Part shown: positions 39,934 to 54,009 of the stretch, one piece after another
Layout: each line of letters begins with the position of its first letter
Numbering within the stretch: the stretch's first letter is position 1
Assembly: GCA_964016885.1 (NCBI GenBank)
Contig: OZ024751.1
Coordinates: 10,540,001 to 10,604,000 of the forward strand
Length of the DNA stretch: 64,000 bases
Direction: 5' to 3'
From: Eledone cirrhosa
Lineage: Eukaryota
Notes under the pieces: generated by a model
Told to the model about the DNA's origin: nothing
The model's database searches: none
What the model saw: the letters and a program-made list of their open reading frames with translations, nothing else
Made by a program: the position numbers and the translations under genes

Positions 39934-40620
39934 GGAAAAAATGAAACGATATTTCATTTCCCACTCTTAGTACGGCTGTTACTTAAATATAAGTATGTAC
40001 ACGTACATACATATATGTATACCGACGTACAGTAGTATGTATATATATATATACATACATGCACACATATATATATGCACGTATGGATTCACCGAACATT
40101 TATTATAATGCTCGGTGTGTTTGTAAACAAACATCCCGTATTAAGCCGTAGTGTCTAGCAACCACCGTTGCTCGTTTGTTCAACACTGACAAAGGAACGC
40201 TGTACTAGTTTCAAGCTTGTTAGCTATCGTCAGCAACGTATACCTTCCTGCCAGATTGTTGAACGTATATACTTACCTTATGCATATTAACGGCTGAGTA
40301 GCCCAATTTGCATATCGAGTGGGTTAATCGGCCGGGTGCACCGAAAACGATAAACGGAAAAAAATGAAACGATATTTCATTTCCCACTCTTAGTACGGCT
40401 GTTACTTAAATATAAGTATGTACACGTACATACATATATGTATACCGACGTACAGTAGTATGTTTATATATATATATATACATACATGCACACATTCAGT
40501 GTTGAAAAAACGAGCAACGGTGGTTGCTAGACACTACGGCTTAATACGGGATGTTTGTTTACAAACACACCGAGCATTATAATAAATGTTCGGTGAATCC
40601 ATACGTGCATATATATATGT
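39929..40620 (-). mobile_element. Diverged 1.67-mer of the hammerhead (retrozyme-like) repeat, with a 5' inversion (40496-40620)
   Basis: Colinear homology to the reverse complement of the 466-bp unit; period about 422 bp; flanked by (TA)n. Confidence 0.85.
40196..40240 (-). ncRNA. Type I minimal hammerhead ribozyme
   Basis: - strand: acgttg-CTGACGA-t-agct(aaca)agct-t-GAAA-ctag-TA-cagcgt. Confidence 0.88.
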
Positions 40621-40699
40621 GTGTGTGTGTGTAAAACTCAATCTTAGATAATTCATATGAACCTTATATAATTCCAAAATATACATATACACATATATA

Positions 40700-41938
40700 G
40701 TAATGTAATAAACAATATAAGGCAATTATTCCATTCACCAGTGGTTTCTTAAAAGCAAAATATTTTTGCCTTCAATCATCAGAATGAAAAAAACCTGGTC
40801 TATCTATATATGTATATATATATATATACACACACACATATACATATATATATACACATACACATACACATACATACACATACATTTTGGTATGTGAAGG
40901 GTGAGGCAAAAAAAAAAATATGGGGGGGGGGGGGGGGAAGGAGGGGGGGGGGGGGGGAAATGACATAGGAAAAGGTTAAATATAATGGGAGATAAGGGAG
41001 AAAAAGAATACAAGAGTACAGAACGTGGATTCAGCAGGTAAAAAAACCGTAGTAGAAGTAAAGAGCAGGAAAGGAGTTCAAGGCGGTTGAGTTACCATAG
41101 GGATGTCAATCCAGTTACAGATCAGATGTGGTTTCAGATGAGGACAACATCTGAAGATCTCGGTCTTTGAGTTTAGGCAAGCAGAAGTGGCTCTCAAGTT
41201 TAGCAAAATCCTATATTTTTCTGTGGTACACAAAGAACAATTTTTTGCGCCCCTTTGGTACCCCCTCGAATGGTCTAAGATAGACCAATCGATAGAGTAC
41301 GGGATGTTACTATCCTTGAATTCCCACACCTTACTTGCGAGGGCCGTTGTTGTTCGTTTATCGGAGTGCTTAAAAGAAGCGACATGTGAGTAAAACCTGG
41401 TTTTAAACTTGTCCTGGGTCATGCCGACATATCGCTCACTCCTGGCTGGCTGGTTGTTGATTAACGGTGTTATTTTAGCCTCATAAACAACAGATTTGGT
41501 GTTACATTTACCCTGAAATGGGCATTCATCCGGCTTCCTGCAACTGCATCCTGGATTTGTTCTCGTATGATTTGAACTAGTGATCTTGGACTTCATAGAT
41601 GGGCAACAAGAGTAACTGATCTAACCACAATAACAGGAAAAGGAAATTATTTGGTTCACACCCCCCTTCTCTCTAACTGTCAAAACTAATGTAGGAAGGA
41701 AATTCCTTGAACTCTTAGACAAACATTTTCCTCCTAATCATAGATATTATAAGATATTTAATAGGAACGTAGTTAAGATCAGTTACTCTTGTTGCCCATC
41801 TATGAAGTCCAAGATCATATAGATTCCATTTTTGTTTTTAAAATCCAAATTCAATAAACAGACCAGGATTTTTTCATTCTGGTGATTAAAAGCAAAATTG
41901 TTTGCTTTTAAGAAACCACTGGTAAATTGTTTATTACA

Positions 41939-41945
<7 letters not shown>
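40700..41945 (-). mobile_element. Penelope-like element fragment with an internal inversion and inverted pLTR-like ends bearing hammerhead motifs
   Basis: GIY-YIG ORF on -; upstream part inverted on + (IIWFTPPFSLTVKTNVGRKFLELLDKHFPPNHRYYKIFNRNVVKISYSC, ~41640-41818); 40700-40800 inverted relative to 41860-41945. Confidence 0.9.
41078..41596 (-). pseudogene. Penelope GIY-YIG endonuclease C-terminal domain
   Basis: CSC..CPFQGKC, SVVYEA..YVGMT..FKTRFYSH, CSLCTTEK, LNSKTE..CPH. Confidence 0.9.
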
Positions 41946-41996
<51 letters not shown>

Positions 41997-42004
41997 GGAA
42001 ACAG

Positions 42005-42915
42005 GCACCACCAAACTATGGGAGGACTCTGTAGAAACAGTAGACTGCTTCTGCTACCTAGGTGACCAAATTAGCAGCAGAGGTGAGTGCTCGGAAAGTA
42101 CAATAACTAGGGTAAGAACGGGATGGAAGAAGTTCAGGGAGCTACTACCACTGCTAGCTGCAAAATGAAAGGCAGACTGTATGATGCGTGTATACGAACA
42201 GTAGTAAGAGCTGGGCGCTGTCTCTAGAAGACTTGCATAGATTAGAAAGAAACAAAGCATGCATGCTCCGATGGATGTGTAATAGTGATATATGCAAACG
42301 GCAAAGCATAAACGAATTGAGAGAGAGACTGAGCATAAGAGGAATCAAATGCGGTGTGCAGGAGAGGAGGTTGCGTTGGTATGGACATGTGATGCGTATG
42401 AAGGATGACAGCTGAATAAAAAGGTGCAGAGCACTAGAAGTCGATGGAAGCCGCGGAGTGGGGAGACCCAAGAAGACCTGGGATGAAGGGATAAAAGCCG
42501 ACCTTACCCAATTGCATCTCTCAAAGTCGATGACACACGACCGTGACCTATGGCGTCACGCAGTAATACAGAAGACCCGACTTCCCACGGGTACAAGCCG
42601 AAGCTGAAGCATATAGACAATATGCCCCCACCCTCTCCTACTCCAAAATGATCGTGGAGGTGCGACGTCAAAAAAGCACCCAGTCCACACTGTAAAGTGG
42701 TGGTGTAGCCGCCATGGAAAAAAGCACCCAGCACTCACTGTAAATGAGGTTGGTGTTAGGAAGGGGATCCAGCTGTAGAAATCAAACCAAAATCAGTTCC
42801 CGCATGAACAAGACAAGGTCAGCTGACCTGGCACTGACCACAACAGGACAACCCGTCTAACCCATACTAGCGTGGAAGAATGTATGTAAAATGGTGATGA
42901 TGATGATGATGATGA
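42005..42915 (+). mobile_element. RTE 3' fragment (same subfamily as 18837-20521)
   Basis: FCYLGD..RLERN.ACMLRWMC..RRLRWYGHV; 3' UTR repeats; (TGA)n tail. Confidence 0.92.
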
Positions 42916-43199
42916 CATATATTTATATATATTTATATATATGTTTATATAAATATGTGTGTATGTGTGTGTGGGTATACATATATATATCATCATCATC
43001 ATCGTTTTATGTTAGCTTTTCCATGCCTGCAAGGGCTGGACAAGTCTTATCCTGCACAACAACATATCTCATTTTGGTCCTTTGATATCTCCTCTGTGAG
43101 CTTCATTGATTAAAGATCAGCTCTCACAACTTCTGTGCAGGACTTCCTTGATAGTGATCCATTACATATTGCATGTCGATACCAGTGTAGTCTTCTCTG

Positions 43200-44616
43200 T
43201 AGGAGATGCTCTAGATAGGGGAAACTATAGAGGCATTAAGTTAGTTGACCAGGTCATGAAGGTCACAGAAAGAGTTCTAGCACAACTAATCATAGATCGA
43301 ATTGATCTAGATGAAATGCAGTTTGGGTTTGTGTCAGGTAAAAGTACCACAGAATCACTTTTCCTTGTACGACAACTACAAGAGAGGTACCTAGCTAAAA
43401 GTAAACCCTCTACTTAGCTTTTGTTGACTTTAGTATCAAAAGGCCTTAAAGTTAACTTGTCTAAGACTAAAGTTCTAGTATGTAGAAAGGAAAATAGGGC
43501 ACAGGTGCCCTCTGGGAAATAGCAATGCTCAGTATGTAGGGAAGGAGTAGGTAGAAATTCCATTCTATGTCCCAAATGCAAACTATGGGTACATAAAAGA
43601 TGTAGTGGGATCACAGGTAAGCTATTTAAGAACGTAGATTTTATATATGGCCGATATTCAGGTGCAATAAGTAGCAAGTGCCCACAAGATACTAGCTCCT
43701 TCTACTGCCCAGATGGTTCCATAGAAATAGTGAACATTTTCCGTTACCTGGGTGACAAAATCAGCAGTGGTGGTGCGTGTTCTGAAAGTACAGTAGCCAG
43801 AGTCAGAACGGGATGGAAAAGTTCAGAGCTTATACCGCTGTTGGCCTCAAAAGGTTTCTCTCTAAAAATGAAAGGCAGATTGTATGATACCTGCATACGA
43901 ACAGCAATGTTACATGGCAGTGAGACATGAGCATTGTGTGCAGCGGACCTGCGCAGACTGGAAAGGAACGAAGCATACATGCTCCGTTGGATGTGTAACA
44001 GTAATATACGTGAACGGCAAAGCATAAATGAACAAAGTGAGAAATTAGGAATAAAAGGGATCAGATGCTGTTTACTTGAGAGGAGATTACGTTGGTACGG
44101 TCACGTGATGCGCATGAAAGATGATAGCTGTATAAAAAAGTGCAGGACGATAAAAATTGTGGGAAGTTACGGAGTAGGTAGACCCAGAAAAACCTGGGAC
44201 AACATGATAAAGTCCGACCTGGCACACTTACACCTCTCCAAGACAATGTCATGGGATCGAGATCTTTGGCGCCACGCAGTATTACAGAAGACCCGCCTTC
44301 CTTATGTGCAAAGTTAACCTACAGTCAGTAGGCCCCTCCAAACCAAACACACCCCAACTCACTACCCACTGCATCCTCCCACTCCCGCCAACATCACCCT
44401 TTCTCTATAAAGTTATGTTGGTACTACAACATCAAGTCCAAACTAACGAGATCGTGTAGGTGTCATGACAAAAAAAAAAAAAATACACAGTCCACGCTGT
44501 AATGTGGCCGTATATGTAACACGGTAAAAAGCTCCCAGTCCACACTGTAAATGTGGTTGGTGTTAGGAAGGGCATCTAGCCATGCATGGAAGATAGACGT
44601 TAAATGATGATGATGA

Positions 44617-44620
<4 letters not shown>
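43200..44620 (+). mobile_element. RTE fragment with the RT core deleted (same subfamily as 11660-15118)
   Basis: GDALDRGNYRGIKL..AFVD joined directly to SKGLKVN at about 43430; 3' UTR matches 14620-14870. Confidence 0.92.
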
Positions 44621-44693
<73 letters not shown>

Positions 44694-44697
44694 GTAG

Positions 44698-44726
<29 letters not shown>

Positions 44727-44732
<6 letters not shown>

Positions 44733-44751
44733 CAACAATAGGGATCAACAC

Positions 44752-44785
<34 letters not shown>

Positions 44786-45065
44786 TATTTATTTATTTAT
44801 TTATTAGTAATATCAATGTTTGTTACGTATGTCTCCATTACATCAGTTTCTAGACTTTTGTTGGAAATTCTGAGAAAAGTTATCCCCCACCCTCACGAGA
44901 GAGAGAGAGAGATAGAGAGAGAGAGAGATGGAGGAGACTGAAAAGTGTGTTTTATGATTAAGCACTGTGTAGGTATGTGAGGGTGGGGGATATCTTTTCT
45001 CAGAATTTCCAACAAAAGTCTAGAAACTAATGTAATGGGGACATCACAAACATTGATATTACTAA

Positions 45066-45100
<35 letters not shown>

Positions 45101-45156
45101 ATAGATGATGATGATGATGATGATGATGATGGTGTTGATCCCTATTGTTGACACAG
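44727..45156. repeat. Fold-back inverted repeat (~170-bp arms containing CAT and ATTT microsatellites)
   Basis: tgtgtcaacaatagggatcaacacc...cccccaccctcac versus gtgagggtggggg...ggtgttgatccctattgttgacaca. Confidence 0.85.
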
Positions 45157-45489
45157 TTTCTTTAACCACAAACCACTAGTTGAAGGTCTCCTAAACCTTG
45201 AGGATCATTACGTCAATGAGGTGATATCATTTATTTTGTGAACTTGGCGGGGACGAGGTCAATATTACATCATTGTGTGTGTGTGTGTGTGATAAGGATG
45301 TTAGGGTGGGTGTAGGTGTGGCTGTGTGGGCTGAAAGGGGTGGCTAGGTGTCAGAAATGAGTGAAGGTCATTAAACAAACTAATCACTTTACAGTTGATC
45401 AAAGATCTCCAGATAATGCTTCTAACATTTAAACACACACACACACATATATATACTTGTATATATATATATATATATATACATACATT

Positions 45490-45662
<173 letters not shown>

Positions 45663-46025
45663 ATATATATATATAGTACATCGTTCCTGTGTCAGTGTTG
45701 AACAAAAAGGTGACGTGGTTGCCTTAACACCGTATGGCATAAATTCAGGCTGTTCAGTTTGTTTACAAACGAACAAAGCGACGTTAGCGCCGCTAAACTG
45801 ATACGTGCATATATGTATGTGTACCTGTATGCATATGTATGTATATGTGTATATATATATATATATGTGCATGCTACTGTACGTCTGTATACATATATGT
45901 ATGTACGTATACATGCATACTTACATTTAAGTAAGTGCCATACTAAGAGTGAGAAATGAAATTTCGTTTTCATTTTGTTTCAATTTATCGTTTTCGGTAT
46001 GCCTGACCGATTTAACTCACTCAAT

Positions 46026-46078
46026 ATGCAAATTAGGCTGCTCAGCCGTTAATTTTCATAAGGAAAGTATATACTTTC
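46026..46078 (+). promoter_or_regulatory. Candidate snRNA/U6-type promoter cassette (octamer, conserved spacer, TATA-like), repeated in each unit
   Basis: ATGCAAAT 46026-46033 and TATATA 46068-46073; both retained in the diverged copy (~40265-40312, -). Confidence 0.4.
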
Positions 46079-46106
46079 GAACGTTCAACTATCTGGCAGA
46101 TGGGTA

Positions 46107-46151
46107 AACGGTGCTGATGATAGCTAACAAGCTTGAAACTAGTACATCGTT
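46107..46151 (+). ncRNA. Type I minimal hammerhead ribozyme (first of 17; others at +466 steps, last at 53563-53607)
   Basis: aacggtg-CTGATGA-t-agct(aaca)agct-t-GAAA-ctag-TA/catcgtt; 7-bp stem I, palindromic stem III, GUA cleavage at 46144/46145. Confidence 0.92.
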
Positions 46152-49100
46152 CCTGTGTCAGTGTTGAACAAAAAGGTGACGTGGTTGCCTTAACACCGTA
46201 TGGCATAAATTCAGGCTGTTCAGTTTGTTTACAAACGAACAAAGCGACGTTAGCGCCGCTAAACTGATACGTGCATATATGTATGTGTACCTGTATGCAT
46301 ATGTATGTATATGTGTATATATATATATATATGTGCATGCTACTGTACGTCTGTATACATATATGTATGTACGTATACATGCATACTTACATTTAAGTAA
46401 GTGCCATACTAAGAGTGAGAAATGAAATTTCGTTTTCATTTTGTTTCAATTTATCGTTTTCGGTATGCCTGACCGATTTAACTCACTCAATATGCAAATT
46501 AGGCTGCTCAGCCGTTAATTTTCATAAGGAAAGTATATACTTTCGAACGTTCAACTATCTGGCAGATGGGTAAACGGTGCTGATGATAGCTAACAAGCTT
46601 GAAACTAGTACATCGTTCCTGTGTCAGTGTTGAACAAAAAGGTGACGTGGTTGCCTTAACACCGTATGGCATAAATTCAGGCTGTTCAGTTTGTTTACAA
46701 ACGAACAAAGCGACGTTAGCGCCGCTAAACTGATACGTGCATATATGTATGTGTACCTGTATGCATATGTATGTATATGTGTATATATATATATATATGT
46801 GCATGCTACTGTACGTCTGTATACATATATGTATGTACGTATACATGCATACTTACATTTAAGTAAGTGCCATACTAAGAGTGAGAAATGAAATTTCGTT
46901 TTCATTTTGTTTCAATTTATCGTTTTCGGTATGCCTGACCGATTTAACTCACTCAATATGCAAATTAGGCTGCTCAGCCGTTAATTTTCATAAGGAAAGT
47001 ATATACTTTCGAACGTTCAACTATCTGGCAGATGGGTAAACGGTGCTGATGATAGCTAACAAGCTTGAAACTAGTACATCGTTCCTGTGTCAGTGTTGAA
47101 CAAAAAGGTGACGTGGTTGCCTTAACACCGTATGGCATAAATTCAGGCTGTTCAGTTTGTTTACAAACGAACAAAGCGACGTTAGCGCCGCTAAACTGAT
47201 ACGTGCATATATGTATGTGTACCTGTATGCATATGTATGTATATGTGTATATATATATATATATGTGCATGCTACTGTACGTCTGTATACATATATGTAT
47301 GTACGTATACATGCATACTTACATTTAAGTAAGTGCCATACTAAGAGTGAGAAATGAAATTTCGTTTTCATTTTGTTTCAATTTATCGTTTTCGGTATGC
47401 CTGACCGATTTAACTCACTCAATATGCAAATTAGGCTGCTCAGCCGTTAATTTTCATAAGGAAAGTATATACTTTCGAACGTTCAACTATCTGGCAGATG
47501 GGTAAACGGTGCTGATGATAGCTAACAAGCTTGAAACTAGTACATCGTTCCTGTGTCAGTGTTGAACAAAAAGGTGACGTGGTTGCCTTAACACCGTATG
47601 GCATAAATTCAGGCTGTTCAGTTTGTTTACAAACGAACAAAGCGACGTTAGCGCCGCTAAACTGATACGTGCATATATGTATGTGTACCTGTATGCATAT
47701 GTATGTATATGTGTATATATATATATATATGTGCATGCTACTGTACGTCTGTATACATATATGTATGTACGTATACATGCATACTTACATTTAAGTAAGT
47801 GCCATACTAAGAGTGAGAAATGAAATTTCGTTTTCATTTTGTTTCAATTTATCGTTTTCGGTATGCCTGACCGATTTAACTCACTCAATATGCAAATTAG
47901 GCTGCTCAGCCGTTAATTTTCATAAGGAAAGTATATACTTTCGAACGTTCAACTATCTGGCAGATGGGTAAACGGTGCTGATGATAGCTAACAAGCTTGA
48001 AACTAGTACATCGTTCCTGTGTCAGTGTTGAACAAAAAGGTGACGTGGTTGCCTTAACACCGTATGGCATAAATTCAGGCTGTTCAGTTTGTTTACAAAC
48101 GAACAAAGCGACGTTAGCGCCGCTAAACTGATACGTGCATATATGTATGTGTACCTGTATGCATATGTATGTATATGTGTATATATATATATATATGTGC
48201 ATGCTACTGTACGTCTGTATACATATATGTATGTACGTATACATGCATACTTACATTTAAGTAAGTGCCATACTAAGAGTGAGAAATGAAATTTCGTTTT
48301 CATTTTGTTTCAATTTATCGTTTTCGGTATGCCTGACCGATTTAACTCACTCAATATGCAAATTAGGCTGCTCAGCCGTTAATTTTCATAAGGAAAGTAT
48401 ATACTTTCGAACGTTCAACTATCTGGCAGATGGGTAAACGGTGCTGATGATAGCTAACAAGCTTGAAACTAGTACATCGTTCCTGTGTCAGTGTTGAACA
48501 AAAAGGTGACGTGGTTGCCTTAACACCGTATGGCATAAATTCAGGCTGTTCAGTTTGTTTACAAACGAACAAAGCGACGTTAGCGCCGCTAAACTGATAC
48601 GTGCATATATGTATGTGTACCTGTATGCATATGTATGTATATGTGTATATATATATATATATGTGCATGCTACTGTACGTCTGTATACATATATGTATGT
48701 ACGTATACATGCATACTTACATTTAAGTAAGTGCCATACTAAGAGTGAGAAATGAAATTTCGTTTTCATTTTGTTTCAATTTATCGTTTTCGGTATGCCT
48801 GACCGATTTAACTCACTCAATATGCAAATTAGGCTGCTCAGCCGTTAATTTTCATAAGGAAAGTATATACTTTCGAACGTTCAACTATCTGGCAGATGGG
48901 TAAACGGTGCTGATGATAGCTAACAAGCTTGAAACTAGTACATCGTTCCTGTGTCAGTGTTGAACAAAAAGGTGACGTGGTTGCCTTAACACCGTATGGC
49001 ATAAATTCAGGCTGTTCAGTTTGTTTACAAACGAACAAAGCGACGTTAGCGCCGCTAAACTGATACGTGCATATATGTATGTGTACCTGTATGCATATGT

Positions 49101-52100
49101 ATGTATATGTGTATATATATATATATATGTGCATGCTACTGTACGTCTGTATACATATATGTATGTACGTATACATGCATACTTACATTTAAGTAAGTGC
49201 CATACTAAGAGTGAGAAATGAAATTTCGTTTTCATTTTGTTTCAATTTATCGTTTTCGGTATGCCTGACCGATTTAACTCACTCAATATGCAAATTAGGC
49301 TGCTCAGCCGTTAATTTTCATAAGGAAAGTATATACTTTCGAACGTTCAACTATCTGGCAGATGGGTAAACGGTGCTGATGATAGCTAACAAGCTTGAAA
49401 CTAGTACATCGTTCCTGTGTCAGTGTTGAACAAAAAGGTGACGTGGTTGCCTTAACACCGTATGGCATAAATTCAGGCTGTTCAGTTTGTTTACAAACGA
49501 ACAAAGCGACGTTAGCGCCGCTAAACTGATACGTGCATATATGTATGTGTACCTGTATGCATATGTATGTATATGTGTATATATATATATATATGTGCAT
49601 GCTACTGTACGTCTGTATACATATATGTATGTACGTATACATGCATACTTACATTTAAGTAAGTGCCATACTAAGAGTGAGAAATGAAATTTCGTTTTCA
49701 TTTTGTTTCAATTTATCGTTTTCGGTATGCCTGACCGATTTAACTCACTCAATATGCAAATTAGGCTGCTCAGCCGTTAATTTTCATAAGGAAAGTATAT
49801 ACTTTCGAACGTTCAACTATCTGGCAGATGGGTAAACGGTGCTGATGATAGCTAACAAGCTTGAAACTAGTACATCGTTCCTGTGTCAGTGTTGAACAAA
49901 AAGGTGACGTGGTTGCCTTAACACCGTATGGCATAAATTCAGGCTGTTCAGTTTGTTTACAAACGAACAAAGCGACGTTAGCGCCGCTAAACTGATACGT
50001 GCATATATGTATGTGTACCTGTATGCATATGTATGTATATGTGTATATATATATATATATGTGCATGCTACTGTACGTCTGTATACATATATGTATGTAC
50101 GTATACATGCATACTTACATTTAAGTAAGTGCCATACTAAGAGTGAGAAATGAAATTTCGTTTTCATTTTGTTTCAATTTATCGTTTTCGGTATGCCTGA
50201 CCGATTTAACTCACTCAATATGCAAATTAGGCTGCTCAGCCGTTAATTTTCATAAGGAAAGTATATACTTTCGAACGTTCAACTATCTGGCAGATGGGTA
50301 AACGGTGCTGATGATAGCTAACAAGCTTGAAACTAGTACATCGTTCCTGTGTCAGTGTTGAACAAAAAGGTGACGTGGTTGCCTTAACACCGTATGGCAT
50401 AAATTCAGGCTGTTCAGTTTGTTTACAAACGAACAAAGCGACGTTAGCGCCGCTAAACTGATACGTGCATATATGTATGTGTACCTGTATGCATATGTAT
50501 GTATATGTGTATATATATATATATATGTGCATGCTACTGTACGTCTGTATACATATATGTATGTACGTATACATGCATACTTACATTTAAGTAAGTGCCA
50601 TACTAAGAGTGAGAAATGAAATTTCGTTTTCATTTTGTTTCAATTTATCGTTTTCGGTATGCCTGACCGATTTAACTCACTCAATATGCAAATTAGGCTG
50701 CTCAGCCGTTAATTTTCATAAGGAAAGTATATACTTTCGAACGTTCAACTATCTGGCAGATGGGTAAACGGTGCTGATGATAGCTAACAAGCTTGAAACT
50801 AGTACATCGTTCCTGTGTCAGTGTTGAACAAAAAGGTGACGTGGTTGCCTTAACACCGTATGGCATAAATTCAGGCTGTTCAGTTTGTTTACAAACGAAC
50901 AAAGCGACGTTAGCGCCGCTAAACTGATACGTGCATATATGTATGTGTACCTGTATGCATATGTATGTATATGTGTATATATATATATATATGTGCATGC
51001 TACTGTACGTCTGTATACATATATGTATGTACGTATACATGCATACTTACATTTAAGTAAGTGCCATACTAAGAGTGAGAAATGAAATTTCGTTTTCATT
51101 TTGTTTCAATTTATCGTTTTCGGTATGCCTGACCGATTTAACTCACTCAATATGCAAATTAGGCTGCTCAGCCGTTAATTTTCATAAGGAAAGTATATAC
51201 TTTCGAACGTTCAACTATCTGGCAGATGGGTAAACGGTGCTGATGATAGCTAACAAGCTTGAAACTAGTACATCGTTCCTGTGTCAGTGTTGAACAAAAA
51301 GGTGACGTGGTTGCCTTAACACCGTATGGCATAAATTCAGGCTGTTCAGTTTGTTTACAAACGAACAAAGCGACGTTAGCGCCGCTAAACTGATACGTGC
51401 ATATATGTATGTGTACCTGTATGCATATGTATGTATATGTGTATATATATATATATATGTGCATGCTACTGTACGTCTGTATACATATATGTATGTACGT
51501 ATACATGCATACTTACATTTAAGTAAGTGCCATACTAAGAGTGAGAAATGAAATTTCGTTTTCATTTTGTTTCAATTTATCGTTTTCGGTATGCCTGACC
51601 GATTTAACTCACTCAATATGCAAATTAGGCTGCTCAGCCGTTAATTTTCATAAGGAAAGTATATACTTTCGAACGTTCAACTATCTGGCAGATGGGTAAA
51701 CGGTGCTGATGATAGCTAACAAGCTTGAAACTAGTACATCGTTCCTGTGTCAGTGTTGAACAAAAAGGTGACGTGGTTGCCTTAACACCGTATGGCATAA
51801 ATTCAGGCTGTTCAGTTTGTTTACAAACGAACAAAGCGACGTTAGCGCCGCTAAACTGATACGTGCATATATGTATGTGTACCTGTATGCATATGTATGT
51901 ATATGTGTATATATATATATATATGTGCATGCTACTGTACGTCTGTATACATATATGTATGTACGTATACATGCATACTTACATTTAAGTAAGTGCCATA
52001 CTAAGAGTGAGAAATGAAATTTCGTTTTCATTTTGTTTCAATTTATCGTTTTCGGTATGCCTGACCGATTTAACTCACTCAATATGCAAATTAGGCTGCT

Positions 52101-53904
52101 CAGCCGTTAATTTTCATAAGGAAAGTATATACTTTCGAACGTTCAACTATCTGGCAGATGGGTAAACGGTGCTGATGATAGCTAACAAGCTTGAAACTAG
52201 TACATCGTTCCTGTGTCAGTGTTGAACAAAAAGGTGACGTGGTTGCCTTAACACCGTATGGCATAAATTCAGGCTGTTCAGTTTGTTTACAAACGAACAA
52301 AGCGACGTTAGCGCCGCTAAACTGATACGTGCATATATGTATGTGTACCTGTAGGCATATGTATGTATATGTGTATATATATATATATATGTGCATGCTA
52401 CTGTACGTCTGTATACATATATGTATGTACGTATACATGCATACTTACATTTAAGTAAGTGCCATACTAAGAGTGAGAAATGAAATTTCGTTTTCATTTT
52501 GTTTCAATTTATCGTTTTCGGTATGCCTGACCGATTTAACTCACTCAATATGCAAATTAGGCTGCTCAGCCGTTAATTTTCATAAGGAAAGTATATACTT
52601 TCGAACGTTCAACTATCTGGCAGATGGGTAAACGGTGCTGATGATAGCTAACAAGCTTGAAACTAGTACATCGTTCCTGTGTCAGTGTTGAACAAAAAGG
52701 TGACGTGGTTGCCTTAACACCGTATGGCATAAATTCAGGCTGTTCAGTTTGTTTACAAACGAACAAAGCGACGTTAGCGCCGCTAAACTGATACGTGCAT
52801 ATATGTATGTGTACCTGTATGCATATGTATGTATATGTGTATATATATATATATATGTGCATGCTACTGTACGTCTGTATACATATATGTATGTACGTAT
52901 ACATGCATACTTACATTTAAGTAAGTGCCATACTAAGAGTGAGAAATGAAATTTCGTTTTCATTTTGTTTCAATTTATCGTTTTCGGTATGCCTGACCGA
53001 TTTAACTCACTCAATATGCAAATTAGGCTGCTCAGCCGTTAATTTTCATAAGGAAAGTATATACTTTCGAACGTTCAACTATCTGGCAGATGGGTAAACG
53101 GTGCTGATGATAGCTAACAAGCTTGAAACTAGTACATCGTTCCTGTGTCAGTGTTGAACAAAAAGGTGACGTGGTTGCCTTAACACCGTATGGCATAAAT
53201 TCAGGCTGTTCAGTTTGTTTACAAACGAACAAAGCGACGTTAGCGCCGCTAAACTGATACGTGCATATATGTATGTGTACCTGTATGCATATGTATGTAT
53301 ATGTGTATATATATATATATATGTGCATGCTACTGTACGTCTGTATACATATATGTATGTACGTATACATGCATACTTACATTTAAGTAAGTGCCATACT
53401 AAGAGTGAGAAATGAAATTTCGTTTTCATTTTGTTTCAATTTATCGTTTTCGGTATGCCTGACCGATTTAACTCACTCAATATGCAAATTAGGCTGCTCA
53501 GCCGTTAATTTTCATAAGGAAAGTATATACTTTCGAACGTTCAACTATCTGGCAGATGGGTAAACGGTGCTGATGATAGCTAACAAGCTTGAAACTAGTA
53601 CATCGTTCCTGTGTCAGTGTTGAACAAAAAGGTGACGTGGTTGCCTTAACACCGTATGGCATAAATTCAGGCTGTTCAGTTTGTTTACAAACGAACAAAG
53701 CGACGTTAGCGCCGCTAAACTGATACGTGCATATATGTATGTGTACCTGTATGCATATGTATGTATATGTGTATATATATATATATATGTGCATGCTACT
53801 GTACGTCTGTATACATATATGTATGTACGTATACATGCATACTTACATTTAAGTAAGTGCCATACTAAGAGTGAGAAATGAAATTTCGTTTTCATTTTGT
53901 TTCA

Positions 53905-54009
<105 letters not shown>

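Noticed and set aside
45692-53895. Repeated 66/93/112-aa ORFs in the 466-bp array
   Set aside because: They run through TA/TG microsatellite sequence, have no domain and are not conserved in the diverged copy; the conserved feature is RNA structure
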